IMG/VR virus record: IMGVR_UViG_3300048672_000282
Coordinates: 810 to 64,809 of that record
Length of the DNA: 64,000 bases
Reading direction: 5' to 3' (one strand)
Source: a virus
Lineage: Duplodnaviria; Caudoviricetes
Of the stretch, positions 1 through 9,387 are shown piece by piece. The notes under the pieces are model-generated. The model was not told the origin of the DNA, searched no databases, and was given only the letters and a program-made list of their open reading frames with translations. A program made the position numbers and the translations under genes. Positions within the stretch are counted from its first letter, which is position 1. Each line of letters begins with the position of its first letter.

Positions 1-359
1 TTTTCGTGCAGTGCTTTGGGGCGTTCCATCAGTATCATACCGTGTACGCCTACTACATCCATGCCGTTAAAGTCTACGTGCATAACATATTGTCCTTTCG
101 GGATAGTAGACATTGGCCTAGGCCGCCAGCCACGATTAAACTTTTTCTGAACATTGGCTTGGTCTTCAATACCTTTTACTGATGTACGAACCCACCTTTG
201 CACATAGCCATCTCTAGGCGGTATGTTGCTAGTGTTAAGTAGCGTATCATCTTCCCATGTGGCATAGTCCTCATGTACATCATCAGCTACGCGCAATTCC
301 TGTTCACGGGATTCTCTTGTGGCTCTAGCCAGTCTTTCTTCGTTTGATATTCCAGCCAT
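1..359 (-). CDS. Conserved phage head-module protein, partial (runs off the left end)
   Basis: ATG at 359 overlaps the scaffold stop; reads MAGISNEERLARATRESREQELR...PPRDGYVQRWVRTSV...GWRPR...GMILMERPK, a pattern typical of the gene following the scaffold in podovirus-like phages. Confidence 0.7.
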   Translation of the reverse strand, partial: MAGISNEERLARATRESREQELRVADDVHEDYATWEDDTLLNTSNIPPRDGYVQRWVRTSVKGIEDQANVQKKFNRGWRPRPMSTIPKGQYVMHVDFNGMDVVGVHGMILMERPKALHE

Positions 360-1165
360 TACGCTTTGCTCCGGTTCTTAATCCACTCAGCCCTGTGTTT
401 AGCGTTATCGGGATCAAGGCCCCAATCGCGCATAAGCTGCTTATCTTTTGCTGTAAATTGAGTATCTTTACTGCCACCTGACAATTGCCCTCTATCTGGT
501 GCGCCCGTTGGAGGCGGGATAATTCGCTGCTTTGTCAGTCGCCTATCAAGTTCTGCATACGTATCTGGATCGTCAAGTTCATAACCATCCAGTCTTAATA
601 CCTCTAATAAAGCATTAGCCTTATCAACTTTTTCTTTATTAGACTGCTCATAAACCCATTGGTTTTTTGCTTCCCAATCAGCCATAGCTTTTGGGATAAT
701 AGGTTGTGGTTGTTGCTGAACTTCTGGCTTACCATATTTACCATTTTCATCAAAACTTGGTTGTTTTTGCGTTTTTAAATCAATTAATTTTTCATCTAAA
801 TCAACAACAGCATCATAGTCACCTACTTCTAAAGCATCTTTCTTTTTCTGCAATAGTTCTTTACGCTGTGCGTCAATTTCCTGTGCAGTTTGAGCAACAA
901 CCTCTTTCTCCCTGTGCCGCTTAAGTTCTTCTATCTCGGCCTCAAGTTTTGCTACTCGATCACGCTCTATATTACGTTCATACGCAAGTAAATCTATACG
1001 CTTTTGTACGCGCTTGCTATATGACTCTTTCGATTCTCTTTCTTCTTCTTTCGGTTCCTGAACAGGTGAAGTGTTATCTTCATCGTCTTCCGGCGTTTCG
1101 TGATCAGAAACATCTTCCAGTATCGGAGTATCGCTTTCTAAAAATTCATTATAGTCTTCTGACAT
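359..1165 (-). CDS. Probable capsid scaffolding protein
   Basis: 268 aa, acidic and coiled-coil, with YSKRVQKRI and W...N.W motifs; lies between portal/GroES and the capsid genes. Confidence 0.7.
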   Translation of the reverse strand: MSEDYNEFLESDTPILEDVSDHETPEDDEDNTSPVQEPKEEERESKESYSKRVQKRIDLLAYERNIERDRVAKLEAEIEELKRHREKEVVAQTAQEIDAQRKELLQKKKDALEVGDYDAVVDLDEKLIDLKTQKQPSFDENGKYGKPEVQQQPQPIIPKAMADWEAKNQWVYEQSNKEKVDKANALLEVLRLDGYELDDPDTYAELDRRLTKQRIIPPPTGAPDRGQLSGGSKDTQFTAKDKQLMRDWGLDPDNAKHRAEWIKNRSKA

Positions 1166-1232
1166 ATAAAGTCCCCGTTTAATGCCGGTAAATCTCTCGA
1201 CCAGCGGCTAATGTTCGTAGCACTGGCTACGT

Positions 1233-1628
1233 CTAAACGAAATTTAAAATGGATAAATCAGTAATTGTGCTTATTACCTCATCATCATTTATAATTTTCA
1301 GTTTATGTTCTTTACCGTCGAATTTAATCACGGTATCAGCGCCGGTGTATGCGCTATATTGAATAACATCGCCTACCTTACACCAAGGCACAGGCTCATG
1401 TTGCTCAATGGAAATGCCACCTTGAAACTTTGGATGCTTATAGCACTCAGAACCCATCGCTACAACTTTGGCAATATTGCGGAAATATTCCTGGCTTTTA
1501 ACGCTTTCTGCTATTAAAGCGATACCGCCTTTGGTTACTTCCTCGATTTTTACAGGAGCTATTAATAGTCGCCATCCTGCCGGTTTCGGCAAACTATCTG
1601 CCGGTACATCTTCTGCTTCAAATTTCAT
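1233..1628 (-). CDS. groES: GroES/Cpn10-like co-chaperonin
   Basis: LPKPAGWRLLIAP..EEVTKGGI, KVVAMG, WCKVGD, KIINDDEV match the Cpn10 pattern. Confidence 0.85.
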   Translation of the reverse strand: MKFEAEDVPADSLPKPAGWRLLIAPVKIEEVTKGGIALIAESVKSQEYFRNIAKVVAMGSECYKHPKFQGGISIEQHEPVPWCKVGDVIQYSAYTGADTVIKFDGKEHKLKIINDDEVISTITDLSILNFV

Positions 1629-1690
1629 TAGTTTCCTAAAGTTATGTTATAATATAACGTGTATATTGTATGCACATTTATTGTTAAAAA

Positions 1691-1897
1691 TCAAGAGTCA
1701 TCATCATTTGTGTATGTTTCTATCGATTCATTCAATAATTCCAATGCGCTTTTTAATCCTATTACTTCACCACAAGTACGCTTATACTGCTCATGAGTCA
1801 ATGCGCCTTTGGCAATAATATCAATTAAATCGTTCATACGCTGGACTATCGCATTATTGAAATGCTGGATAAGTGGATCGCTGTATAAGCTATTCAT
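1691..1897 (-). CDS. Small conserved head-module hypothetical protein
   Basis: 68 aa with EQYKRTCGEVIGL motif, typical of the gene between portal and GroES. Confidence 0.65.
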   Translation of the reverse strand: MNSLYSDPLIQHFNNAIVQRMNDLIDIIAKGALTHEQYKRTCGEVIGLKSALELLNESIETYTNDDDS

Positions 1898-1927
1898 TCT
1901 CTTGTGTCAATTCAAATACTTTATTTA

Positions 1928-2005
1928 AATAAGTGCCTGAATTCAGGCACTTATCGCCAGAAGCCGCGTCATTACTGAATGTATCAGCGAGAAGTGTCAA
2001 ACTGC
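1928..2005 (+). pseudogene. Relic fragment of a ParB-like HTH gene carrying a 26-bp perfect palindrome (1929-1954)
   Basis: ATAAGTGCCTGAATTCAGGCACTTAT; translates NKCLNSGT then, after a 1-nt shift, EAASLLNVSARSV, matching NKCLNSGT...QAASLLNVSRDSV in the ParB-like gene. Confidence 0.75.
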
Positions 2006-2022
2006 AACACAATTTCTTGCCC

Positions 2023-4278
2023 TCATTGCAACATGCCATTATCTGTCATAGTTTGCGTCTCGATACCTGCATTGTTACCGACTTCTGGTGACATAGGCAT
2101 AGTCTGTTCAGGCATAGGCTGTTGTGGCATAGGCTCATTTCCTGTTGCCGGGAATCCTGGCGAGGTGTTTTGTTCAGGTGAAGGCAGTTGTTGTTGTATT
2201 GCTGGCTGTTGAGCTAACGGCAATTGGTTTGCATCTTTGCCCCCAGCAGATAGATAAATACTGTCTGCTACCGGCGTTATGCTTGGCGTAGTAACTACCA
2301 TTCCAGCCGATTGCATAGCACTAAATATGCCTCTTAATGCACTTTCTGTCTTCTCTGCGTCTAATTTTTCTTTTTCAGCTTGAAGCTTTGCTATTTGCGC
2401 TTGTTTTACTTCAACGTCTAGCTGCAAACTTTGCTGTTGTAATTGCGCCATAGCTCCGTCTACCTTCATCAACTCGTCAATGTTTGGTATTCGTATAGCT
2501 TCCAGCATAGACCTTAACGCCTCAGTCATATTAATTTGATCTGGATGCTTTTCAGCCAAGTCCATGATGGCTTGAGCTTGAACAATACGCTGTGTGCTGG
2601 ATGTAATCGCAGGATCGCTGACTGGAATAATGTCGATGCGCTGATCAAAGTCAGCTGGCATTATCATCCTGTCGCCTTTGTTCGTATAGTACGGATAGCC
2701 GTTTTCTGGCAAGTAGCGGCTATTCATACGCGCCAATATCCTAAATTCCTGCCGGTGCGCAACATGAATCCGTCTATGAATTGCGCCAAACTTCTTGCTG
2801 CCCTGCTCAATCAAGGCTAGTGTAGTGCCTACCGGCGCATTAGCACTTGCTGTGTCGCCTTGCATTACATCTGTAGTGCCAACAAAGCGCTGGCCTCTTT
2901 CATCCAGGTAGCCTAACAGTTTAAAAAGTGTCTCGCTTGGCTCTTTGTAGGGAAGCGGGAAGAAAGCCTTTGCTAACTCTTCTGAACTTGAATCGACTTC
3001 TACCCACTCGCCTGGCGCTGGTGTGCGTAAATCACCCCTGATACGTGACTCTCTGGTTCTAAATCCACCCTGTAGATTGTAAAATGCCGCTGAATCCATG
3101 AGTGCGTTAAGAGCGCCTGTCGAACTTTTTGACAACCCGCCTATTAAATGTAGTAATCCGTATCCATAAAAGCCCAATCCAGGCATAAATCGATAATGCG
3201 TAAAGCATATCTCAGGCTGTTTCTTGTCGTCTTCTGGATTCCAGTTACGCTGAATCCGCATAACTTCGTGATCATCCCGATTTACCCACACAATATAAGG
3301 TAATGCTACGCCTGTAGGTTGTCCGGCTTCGTCTAAATCTTCCTGGCCTTTTAACTCTAAATCAACATACATTTCAAGTATTGTGTGCCGCTGATCCTCA
3401 CCTAGTCCTGTCGCTTGTCTTCCTTCCGTATGATCAATCTCGTCTTTAACTACCGGATAGTCGTAGTGCTCATTGTTTGGCTCTGAAAGTTTTTGTGGTT
3501 TTGAGTAATAGCCTGATGCTATCTTTTTGAGTACCGTATTGTGCATTTCACGGTATCTGTGAGTATATCTGTGTGCGGATTCCAGGTCTGTTGCTGAAAA
3601 TGGTACGATAAAATCAGCAGGTTCTATCATTCTTGAACAAAGCTTGTCTGAAAGCGGATCGTAGTAAATCTTTTTAAAAACTGATCCCGATAGCGGAAGT
3701 CTAAAAAGAAGTTGGTCTTCCTCACAAAACGCTCCTGGCATATCTTCCGTGTACTGAAAATTCATGTACTGCTGCACTCTATCAGCCTGTTGCAGTCTTT
3801 CAGGTGTGCTGTCGCCCAATATTTGAGTTTTTACCGGGCCCTCTGGTGGCCATATCTCAGGCATTATACGGGAATGAAAATCTACTACGGCTTCGGCTAA
3901 AAGTGGATGAACAATAGCACTTGCACCTTCAAATAATGCTTTATTCAGCTTTCTATCTGATACACCTAAAAGCCTGATGCCTTCTGACTCGCGCCGTGAC
4001 CAATCGTCCCTGGTGTCTTCATCCCACTGCACCCAGTTGATAATGTCCTGAGCAAGCATGTTAAGCTCGCTTCTATCCAGAACTGGCACAAGGTTATCGT
4101 AATGTTCTGACACTTCCTTTCTGTCATTCTCGATAAACTCTTGATACGCCTCTAACTCGATAGGATCAAGTACCTGCTCTGCACTCAGGCCGTTTGACTC
4201 ACCAACAGTTACAAACTTAATAATTGCATCTATGTCCGCAGGTTGTCGTTCCTGCTCTAGTTCATATTCGTTTTCCAT
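2023..4278 (-). CDS. Portal protein
   Basis: 751 aa directly after terL; HPLLAEAVVDF, LFRLPLSGSVFKKIYYD, PGLGFYGYGL, PLPYKEPS, APVGTTLALIEQGSK motifs of P22/podovirus-type portals. Confidence 0.92.
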   Translation of the reverse strand: MENEYELEQERQPADIDAIIKFVTVGESNGLSAEQVLDPIELEAYQEFIENDRKEVSEHYDNLVPVLDRSELNMLAQDIINWVQWDEDTRDDWSRRESEGIRLLGVSDRKLNKALFEGASAIVHPLLAEAVVDFHSRIMPEIWPPEGPVKTQILGDSTPERLQQADRVQQYMNFQYTEDMPGAFCEEDQLLFRLPLSGSVFKKIYYDPLSDKLCSRMIEPADFIVPFSATDLESAHRYTHRYREMHNTVLKKIASGYYSKPQKLSEPNNEHYDYPVVKDEIDHTEGRQATGLGEDQRHTILEMYVDLELKGQEDLDEAGQPTGVALPYIVWVNRDDHEVMRIQRNWNPEDDKKQPEICFTHYRFMPGLGFYGYGLLHLIGGLSKSSTGALNALMDSAAFYNLQGGFRTRESRIRGDLRTPAPGEWVEVDSSSEELAKAFFPLPYKEPSETLFKLLGYLDERGQRFVGTTDVMQGDTASANAPVGTTLALIEQGSKKFGAIHRRIHVAHRQEFRILARMNSRYLPENGYPYYTNKGDRMIMPADFDQRIDIIPVSDPAITSSTQRIVQAQAIMDLAEKHPDQINMTEALRSMLEAIRIPNIDELMKVDGAMAQLQQQSLQLDVEVKQAQIAKLQAEKEKLDAEKTESALRGIFSAMQSAGMVVTTPSITPVADSIYLSAGGKDANQLPLAQQPAIQQQLPSPEQNTSPGFPATGNEPMPQQPMPEQTMPMSPEVGNNAGIETQTMTDNGMLQ

Positions 4279-4293
4279 GATTGCCTCCCGGCA

Positions 4294-5922
4294 TTATGTA
4301 TAGTAACCACGTCTTTGCGGCTGCATGTCCTCTATATCTTCTTCGCTTTTCATCCTTGAGTCAAATTGTTCTTCTTTGTCATCGTCGTGATCACCAGACC
4401 AATGCCCTGCGCGTAGATAGATAAGAGCTGCTGTAACGGTGTCTGTTAAGTCAGCACTTGGTGGCGCACCTGCTGGAAATGAGGCAACATAGTCTATCAG
4501 ACCTAACTTGTCTTTGCCATTTCCTAGCGCCCATTCTTTATTCGGTATATAAACCTGCCCTGATTCAAGCATAGGACTAACACTGTGTGCGCGGCTAATT
4601 TTGTCCTCGCCTTTACCGGGTGAATAGGACTTAACCCTACCTGGCACTGCACGTTTCATATCCTGCACTAGCGTTATACCAGTAGCTTTCTTCTCAATGA
4701 GTAAAATATCCGGCTTATGCTTTTTATCCATTTCCTGAACTATCCTTCTCAGTTTATCATAGCCTACACGCGCAAACCACATGCCCAATGCAAGTATGCA
4801 ATATCTATCACGCTGCTCATGCCAAAATATACCCCATCGAGTACACGCACTAAAAGCCGCATTTTTACTGTCAGCCTCACTAAAAGCTGTGTCGAAGGAT
4901 ATAAAAATGTGATCGCATATAGGAAGTGGAATATCATCAGGCCACACGCGCCACCAATGTTTTTTAATAATTCCACCTCCTAGTGGTGACGGCCTCTGTT
5001 GTCCCTGCCCTGCAAAACCGTACTCACCTAAGTCTTCTTTCAGCGCCTCAACAGAATTTAGCGTAAACCGTTGCGGAAATAGTAACTCACCTTTTTTAGT
5101 CCTAGGATCAACTAAATCCTTCCTTCCAATATCTCTACCAGCATCAAATGTAGACTGGCCTTCGTAAAGCATAGGTATCTTTAAGTGACACCAGTCTGTT
5201 TTTGACTTCTTAAGCAAATGCCCTGTTAAATCTGACTCATGAAGTCTTTGCTGGATTAATATAATACCAGAATGTACCGGATCGTTAACACGTGTTGTTA
5301 TAGACTGATCGTAAGTATCGTTGACTGACTGCCGTATAACGTCTGAAAATGCTTGCTTTGCATCGTTAGGATCATCGATTAAAAGTAATGTACCACGCTT
5401 GCCTGTGACCGCTGCCGATATACCAACACCTTGCCTAAATCCAGTTTTAGTATTGGTGAAATGTGTCTTTTCGTTTTGTGATGAATCGAGTGCTAAAGGC
5501 CAGTATCGCTGATACCATTGGCTTGTTACTATCTGTTTCATTTTCAGGTTGTCGCGTATAGCTAACGATTGCTCGGCGCTAAAAGCCAATATCCTTTCTT
5601 CTGGTTTACTTATCCACACCCAGGCAGGATAAAATACGGACACCATTAATGATTTTGCTGTGCCGGGAGGGATATTAATTATCAACCGCTTGTGCTTTAG
5701 CTTTCCTTCATGAAACGCTTGTAAATAACCAGCAATTACGTCCAAATGCCAGTTCCAAGTCAACTTCCCCCCAGGCTCCACTATTTTCCACGCACGCTTT
5801 ACAAACTCTACCAGACTTTTCTCGCACAGTTCTTTTTCTCTCAACTCTAGCAGATACAATGCTTCTAGCTGTTCTGCGTCAGTCATTGTGCGAAAACGTG
5901 CTAAAATCGTGTCAAAGTCCAC
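4294..5922 (-). CDS. terL: Terminase large subunit
   Basis: Walker A INIPPGTAKS, Walker B LLLIDDP, nuclease motifs SFDTAF, IEKKATG and DLTDT. Confidence 0.95.
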   Translation of the reverse strand: MDFDTILARFRTMTDAEQLEALYLLELREKELCEKSLVEFVKRAWKIVEPGGKLTWNWHLDVIAGYLQAFHEGKLKHKRLIINIPPGTAKSLMVSVFYPAWVWISKPEERILAFSAEQSLAIRDNLKMKQIVTSQWYQRYWPLALDSSQNEKTHFTNTKTGFRQGVGISAAVTGKRGTLLLIDDPNDAKQAFSDVIRQSVNDTYDQSITTRVNDPVHSGIILIQQRLHESDLTGHLLKKSKTDWCHLKIPMLYEGQSTFDAGRDIGRKDLVDPRTKKGELLFPQRFTLNSVEALKEDLGEYGFAGQGQQRPSPLGGGIIKKHWWRVWPDDIPLPICDHIFISFDTAFSEADSKNAAFSACTRWGIFWHEQRDRYCILALGMWFARVGYDKLRRIVQEMDKKHKPDILLIEKKATGITLVQDMKRAVPGRVKSYSPGKGEDKISRAHSVSPMLESGQVYIPNKEWALGNGKDKLGLIDYVASFPAGAPPSADLTDTVTAALIYLRAGHWSGDHDDDKEEQFDSRMKSEEDIEDMQPQRRGYYT

Positions 5923-6439
5923 CGAACAACTCTTTCAGTCTATTTTCGCGCTCTTCAAGGCTTACGCTAACACCCACGTTATTCTGTATGTTGGTACTCG
6001 GCGCATTTTGGAAAAACGGCTGCAATCCTTCTACTTGCATGGCTCCTTTAAGGCCATCGATGACTGGTTTCATCATATATGCGGTTGGCTCCTTTTTATA
6101 TTCTTCAACTCCCGCCTTAACAACTTCACGCGCTGTAGTCTGATAAAAGTCTAGTCCCGCCAGCTTTTCATTAACTAATTCGTTAATAACATCCCTCTCT
6201 TCAACACTTAATTTTGCTTTTTGTTCCTTTATGTCCTTGAAGCTTTGTTTTGTCTGAACTTCAATATTTACAAGCTGTTGCTTTTCTGTTCCTTTTTTCC
6301 ATCCTTCTCTAGCTGCCTTCCTGCTTATTTGAGATTTAGCTTTTATTCTGACTTCTTTTCTATCGACTATTTCAGCCAATGTCAAGCCACACTCATAATA
6401 AGCTTTAACGACATTCCACTCTTCAATACTGTATGCCAT
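5912..6439 (-). CDS. terS: Probable terminase small subunit
   Basis: N-terminal HTH (YYECGLTLAEI...ISRKAAREGW), immediately upstream of and overlapping terL. Confidence 0.75.
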   Translation of the reverse strand: MAYSIEEWNVVKAYYECGLTLAEIVDRKEVRIKAKSQISRKAAREGWKKGTEKQQLVNIEVQTKQSFKDIKEQKAKLSVEERDVINELVNEKLAGLDFYQTTAREVVKAGVEEYKKEPTAYMMKPVIDGLKGAMQVEGLQPFFQNAPSTNIQNNVGVSVSLEERENRLKELFGGL

Positions 6440-6574
6440 TTACCCACGTCTCTGACTTCCAAACGGAAACTTGAAATTCTCACGCCGTCCTTGCTCTACT
6501 ATGTAGTCCTCTGCACCTGTCTTTATACTGAATCCATGCAGCCAGTCATATATACATTCAGCTAATAGCCTCAT
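6440..6574 (-). CDS. Hypothetical protein, 44 aa (not in ORF track)
   Basis: ATGA overlap with the upstream gene; stop abuts the terS ATG. Confidence 0.45.
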   Translation of the reverse strand: MRLLAECIYDWLHGFSIKTGAEDYIVEQGRRENFKFPFGSQRRG

Positions 6575-6729
6575 TTTTTTATCGCCTTGCATACCCACCG
6601 ATATGACTCTCTAAGAGCCTCTAGTGCCTGAGCGATACACTTACCATCGCTGACTTCTGTTGCTATGAAGTCTTCCAGTGCTTTGAATTTCATATCGACT
6701 AAAAGTTGCATGTCTTCTTTATCGCTCAT
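6571..6729 (-). CDS. 52-aa protein with an Acb2/Tad1-like helical-hairpin pattern (not in ORF track)
   Basis: MSDKEDMQLLVDMKFKALEDFIATEVSDGKCIAQALEALRESYRWVCKAIKK; coupled by ATGA overlaps at both ends. Confidence 0.5.
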   Translation of the reverse strand: MSDKEDMQLLVDMKFKALEDFIATEVSDGKCIAQALEALRESYRWVCKAIKK

Positions 6730-7424
6730 TTTAGCCCTTTGCTATGCAGATACAGTTCCAGCTTTTTGCTTGGCAACAACAAGCTATTACCTCGTCCATT
6801 CATCCCGGCAAGGAAGGCTTCGCTTATAGCCTCTACACAATCATGTTGTTTATCCCCAATTCCGGCAAGTGCTATTTCTACCGCTTCCTCAATAGCTTCA
6901 CTTAGTTCTTCTTCTGTATATTTGCCTTTAAAATTAGGAGAGTCTAAATATTCATTTATTACATTGATTCTGTCTATTTCTCTGATTTCGTCTAATTGCT
7001 GCTGGTTATATATGCCTGAAAATAAACCATCTTTCATCCCTTGTATTTCTTTTTCCTTATTTTCTATAGTAATACTAAGCGCTATCTTTTCTTGATTTAA
7101 ACTTTCACACGCTTGATCTACGGCCTCTTTTAATTGAGTGCGTGTGTACATTTCATTTTTCGCCTTAGAAACGTACTTATGAACATCATCAATTGTATAA
7201 AGCCTTTGTTTTGCGCCTTCATACGTCAAAAAACGTCCTTTCTCATCGCGCTTTTGCAGCTTCCACACTTTTTTGTTTTGCTTGCGGACTTCCCTTACCA
7301 GGTTTACAGCATCATTTAAAACAGATTCATTTATTTCCTGCATAGGTTCTGCTTTCACATAGCCTGATGCAGCGCAAATGCTTTCAATCTTGTTGATCAA
7401 CAATTCTTCTTTATCACTAAACAT
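6726..7424 (-). CDS. Hypothetical protein with imperfect Y(T/N)xxxL repeats
   Basis: 232-aa ORF in the operon; RDEKGRF motif; YTIDDV, YTRTQL, YNQQQL, YTEEEL repeats. Confidence 0.6.
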   Translation of the reverse strand: MFSDKEELLINKIESICAASGYVKAEPMQEINESVLNDAVNLVREVRKQNKKVWKLQKRDEKGRFLTYEGAKQRLYTIDDVHKYVSKAKNEMYTRTQLKEAVDQACESLNQEKIALSITIENKEKEIQGMKDGLFSGIYNQQQLDEIREIDRINVINEYLDSPNFKGKYTEEELSEAIEEAVEIALAGIGDKQHDCVEAISEAFLAGMNGRGNSLLLPSKKLELYLHSKGLK

Positions 7425-7427
7425 AAT

Positions 7428-7622
7428 TTATTTTTTCTTTGCCTTATACTTTCCTGCTTTTTTATCGGCATCTACGAATTCCTGAGCCACATCCTGTGGA
7501 ATTCCTACTTTTTTGGCAAACTTTTCGCTATGTGCTGCGGCCTGCATGGTATCGTGCTGTTTTTTACTTTTCGATGGCATCTTAAACCTCTTATACATTT
7601 CGACAAGTCTATCACTCATCAT
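7428..7622 (-). CDS. Small basic conserved phage protein (true start probably 7580, MPSKSKKQH)
   Basis: MPSKSKKQHDTMQAAAHSEKFAKKVGIPQDVAQEF resembles a small protein common in podovirus-like phages. Confidence 0.65.
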   Translation of the reverse strand: MMSDRLVEMYKRFKMPSKSKKQHDTMQAAAHSEKFAKKVGIPQDVAQEFVDADKKAGKYKAKKK

Positions 7623-7893
7623 CTTTCACTTTAAATTTTATCTCTCCTGACATGATACCGCTTCCCTTCATAAAACTGTTTAATGATGGCATCACTTGAA
7701 TTGATATAGGTAATTTCCCTTGCAGGAAGGTAATAGTCATCTCTTTTTTATCCACATCAGCCATAAAAGCAATACCATCAAACGGTGCTATCGCCCCGCC
7801 GGGAACATCTTTGTCTGGATAAAACTTTGCTCGTCCTTGAAGCAATGCTGCTTTAAACTCCTTTGTTAATGCCATATCTATATCCAATAACAC
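7612..7893 (-). CDS. Hypothetical protein
   Basis: ORF tiles the operon. Confidence 0.5.
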   Translation of the reverse strand: MLLDIDMALTKEFKAALLQGRAKFYPDKDVPGGAIAPFDGIAFMADVDKKEMTITFLQGKLPISIQVMPSLNSFMKGSGIMSGEIKFKVKDDE

Positions 7894-8228
7894 ACCATAT
7901 TCAAGTGCTTCATTACGCCTTTCTGCACCAAATCCATGCTACCATGCAGTGTATTGTCCTGCGCTATGCCAAACGCAAATTGTGTTCCTGACATTGTTTG
8001 TCCAGTTAAGTTTTTACCTGTTGCATCCCACTGGCCTGAACCGTATCCATAGTATTTTGATACCGGATCAACAGCCAAAAAACCCCATCGCGTTGAAAAT
8101 CCCCACGGGTCAGCAACAATCACAATATGTGCAGTATCCACGTTATTAACTGTGCATTGATACACTGCATCATTGGCATTAACCATGCCTGATATTAACA
8201 ACAAGCCTGTAAATAATAATTTTTTCAT
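7878..8228 (-). CDS. Secreted hypothetical protein
   Basis: Signal peptide MKKLLFTGLLLISGMVNA followed by a beta-rich domain. Confidence 0.65.
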   Translation of the reverse strand: MKKLLFTGLLLISGMVNANDAVYQCTVNNVDTAHIVIVADPWGFSTRWGFLAVDPVSKYYGYGSGQWDATGKNLTGQTMSGTQFAFGIAQDNTLHGSMDLVQKGVMKHLNMVCYWI

Positions 8229-8383
8229 GACTGTAATGATTCAAGAGAGTTTATGGCATCGACAACATCTTTAATGTTGTTTTTCTGTTCTGGTTTAATA
8301 TCGTCATCCTTAAAGCTATCATCAAGCTTTTTCGACAGTTCTTTAAGTTCTTTTACCTTTGCTGCAATTAGTTTTAATTTCAT
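8225..8383 (-). CDS. 52-aa coiled-coil protein, paralogous to the C-terminus of 8492-8782 (not in ORF track)
   Basis: GAGG RBS; MKLKLIAAKVKELKELSKKLDDSFKDDDIKPEQKNNIKDVVDAINSLESLQS; ATGA overlap with the next gene. Confidence 0.6.
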   Translation of the reverse strand: MKLKLIAAKVKELKELSKKLDDSFKDDDIKPEQKNNIKDVVDAINSLESLQS

Positions 8384-8491
8384 ACTTTTCCTCTAAATTT
8401 GTTAACGGACTGACATTCTAGTGCTGCTTCTTTACCTGTCAACCCATAAGCATGATGCTATCTCTGGCACAATAGGGCGCTAACAAAACTC

Positions 8492-8782
8492 TTATGCGTC
8501 TGGAACAATATTGTCCAGCGCGTTAACCCCATCAACGACAGCCTGAACGCTTGCTGCTTGGGCTTCTGTCAAAGGTGCATCGGCAAGTTGAGTCTGCAAG
8601 TCAGTAATGGCTTGTTGCAATTCTGCAAGCTTCGCAACAATTTCAGTTTCAACCTTTGATAATTGCCCTGCAAGTGATGTATTTACTGCAAGTAAATCTG
8701 ATAATAACATTTCTATCCTCTCTATTTTATGTAAAAAATACGATTTCATAATATATTTTCTAAAGCTTTTCACTGGTTTCAC
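8492..8782 (-). CDS. Coiled-coil hypothetical protein
   Basis: Heptad-rich; ends LDNIVPDA. Confidence 0.6.
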   Translation of the reverse strand: MKPVKSFRKYIMKSYFLHKIERIEMLLSDLLAVNTSLAGQLSKVETEIVAKLAELQQAITDLQTQLADAPLTEAQAASVQAVVDGVNALDNIVPDA

Positions 8783-8802
8783 GGATATTTCACCTAATGT
8801 GT

Positions 8803-8831
8803 ATTATACTTTTTATCTCAATTATTTACAA
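8803..8831 (-). promoter_or_regulatory. Putative sigma70 promoter
   Basis: TTGTAA-17 nt-TATAAT on the minus strand, upstream of 8782. Confidence 0.5.
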
Positions 8832-9064
8832 GCAAAAAGTAATTTATTGGCATGAGTTATACACTTGTTTTTATCAATTGATCCCCAATTTACCCGTTTT
8901 TTGCATGACTTTAAATAGCCTTCCAAAATCTCTCGCTTAGTAAACTTAAATCTACCTTTTTCAATATAGCTTCCGATATTATCCAGCCATATTAATTCAC
9001 TTATGGTATTCCATCCTACGCCTGACATTCTGTTTAACATTTTTAATCCTCCACCCTGCGCCAA
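8822..9064 (-). CDS. Hypothetical protein
   Basis: ORF tiles the operon. Confidence 0.5.
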   Translation of the reverse strand: MAQGGGLKMLNRMSGVGWNTISELIWLDNIGSYIEKGRFKFTKREILEGYLKSCKKRVNWGSIDKNKCITHANKLLFACK

Positions 9065-9387
9065 CCTTGTGGTGTATATTCTCTTTGCCGCCTGAGTTCA
9101 TAAATTCCTGGAGGGATTAATATTGTTTCGTGCGTGTCAAAATCACGCAAATGTTTAAGCTGTGCACCTATAATATTTTTTACCTCAATATAGGCTTTCA
9201 TCATATCCTTAGAATTTACATAATAGTCAACATCATCATCTTCTATTACATGATGATGCTGAGTTTCACTGTGGGCCACAATATGGTTTCCATTATCACT
9301 TTGTTTTTTACAAAATCCATTTGGGATTAAATCTACTTTTAAAATAAACAGATCGCCTTGTGCAGCAAATTTTTCAAACGTTCTCAT
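9043..9387 (-). CDS. His-rich small protein, usual partner of DUF6745-like genes
   Basis: QGDL, VAHSETQHHH, H.TI.IPPGIYELRRQREY motifs. Confidence 0.65.
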   Translation of the reverse strand: MRTFEKFAAQGDLFILKVDLIPNGFCKKQSDNGNHIVAHSETQHHHVIEDDDVDYYVNSKDMMKAYIEVKNIIGAQLKHLRDFDTHETILIPPGIYELRRQREYTPQGWRRVED

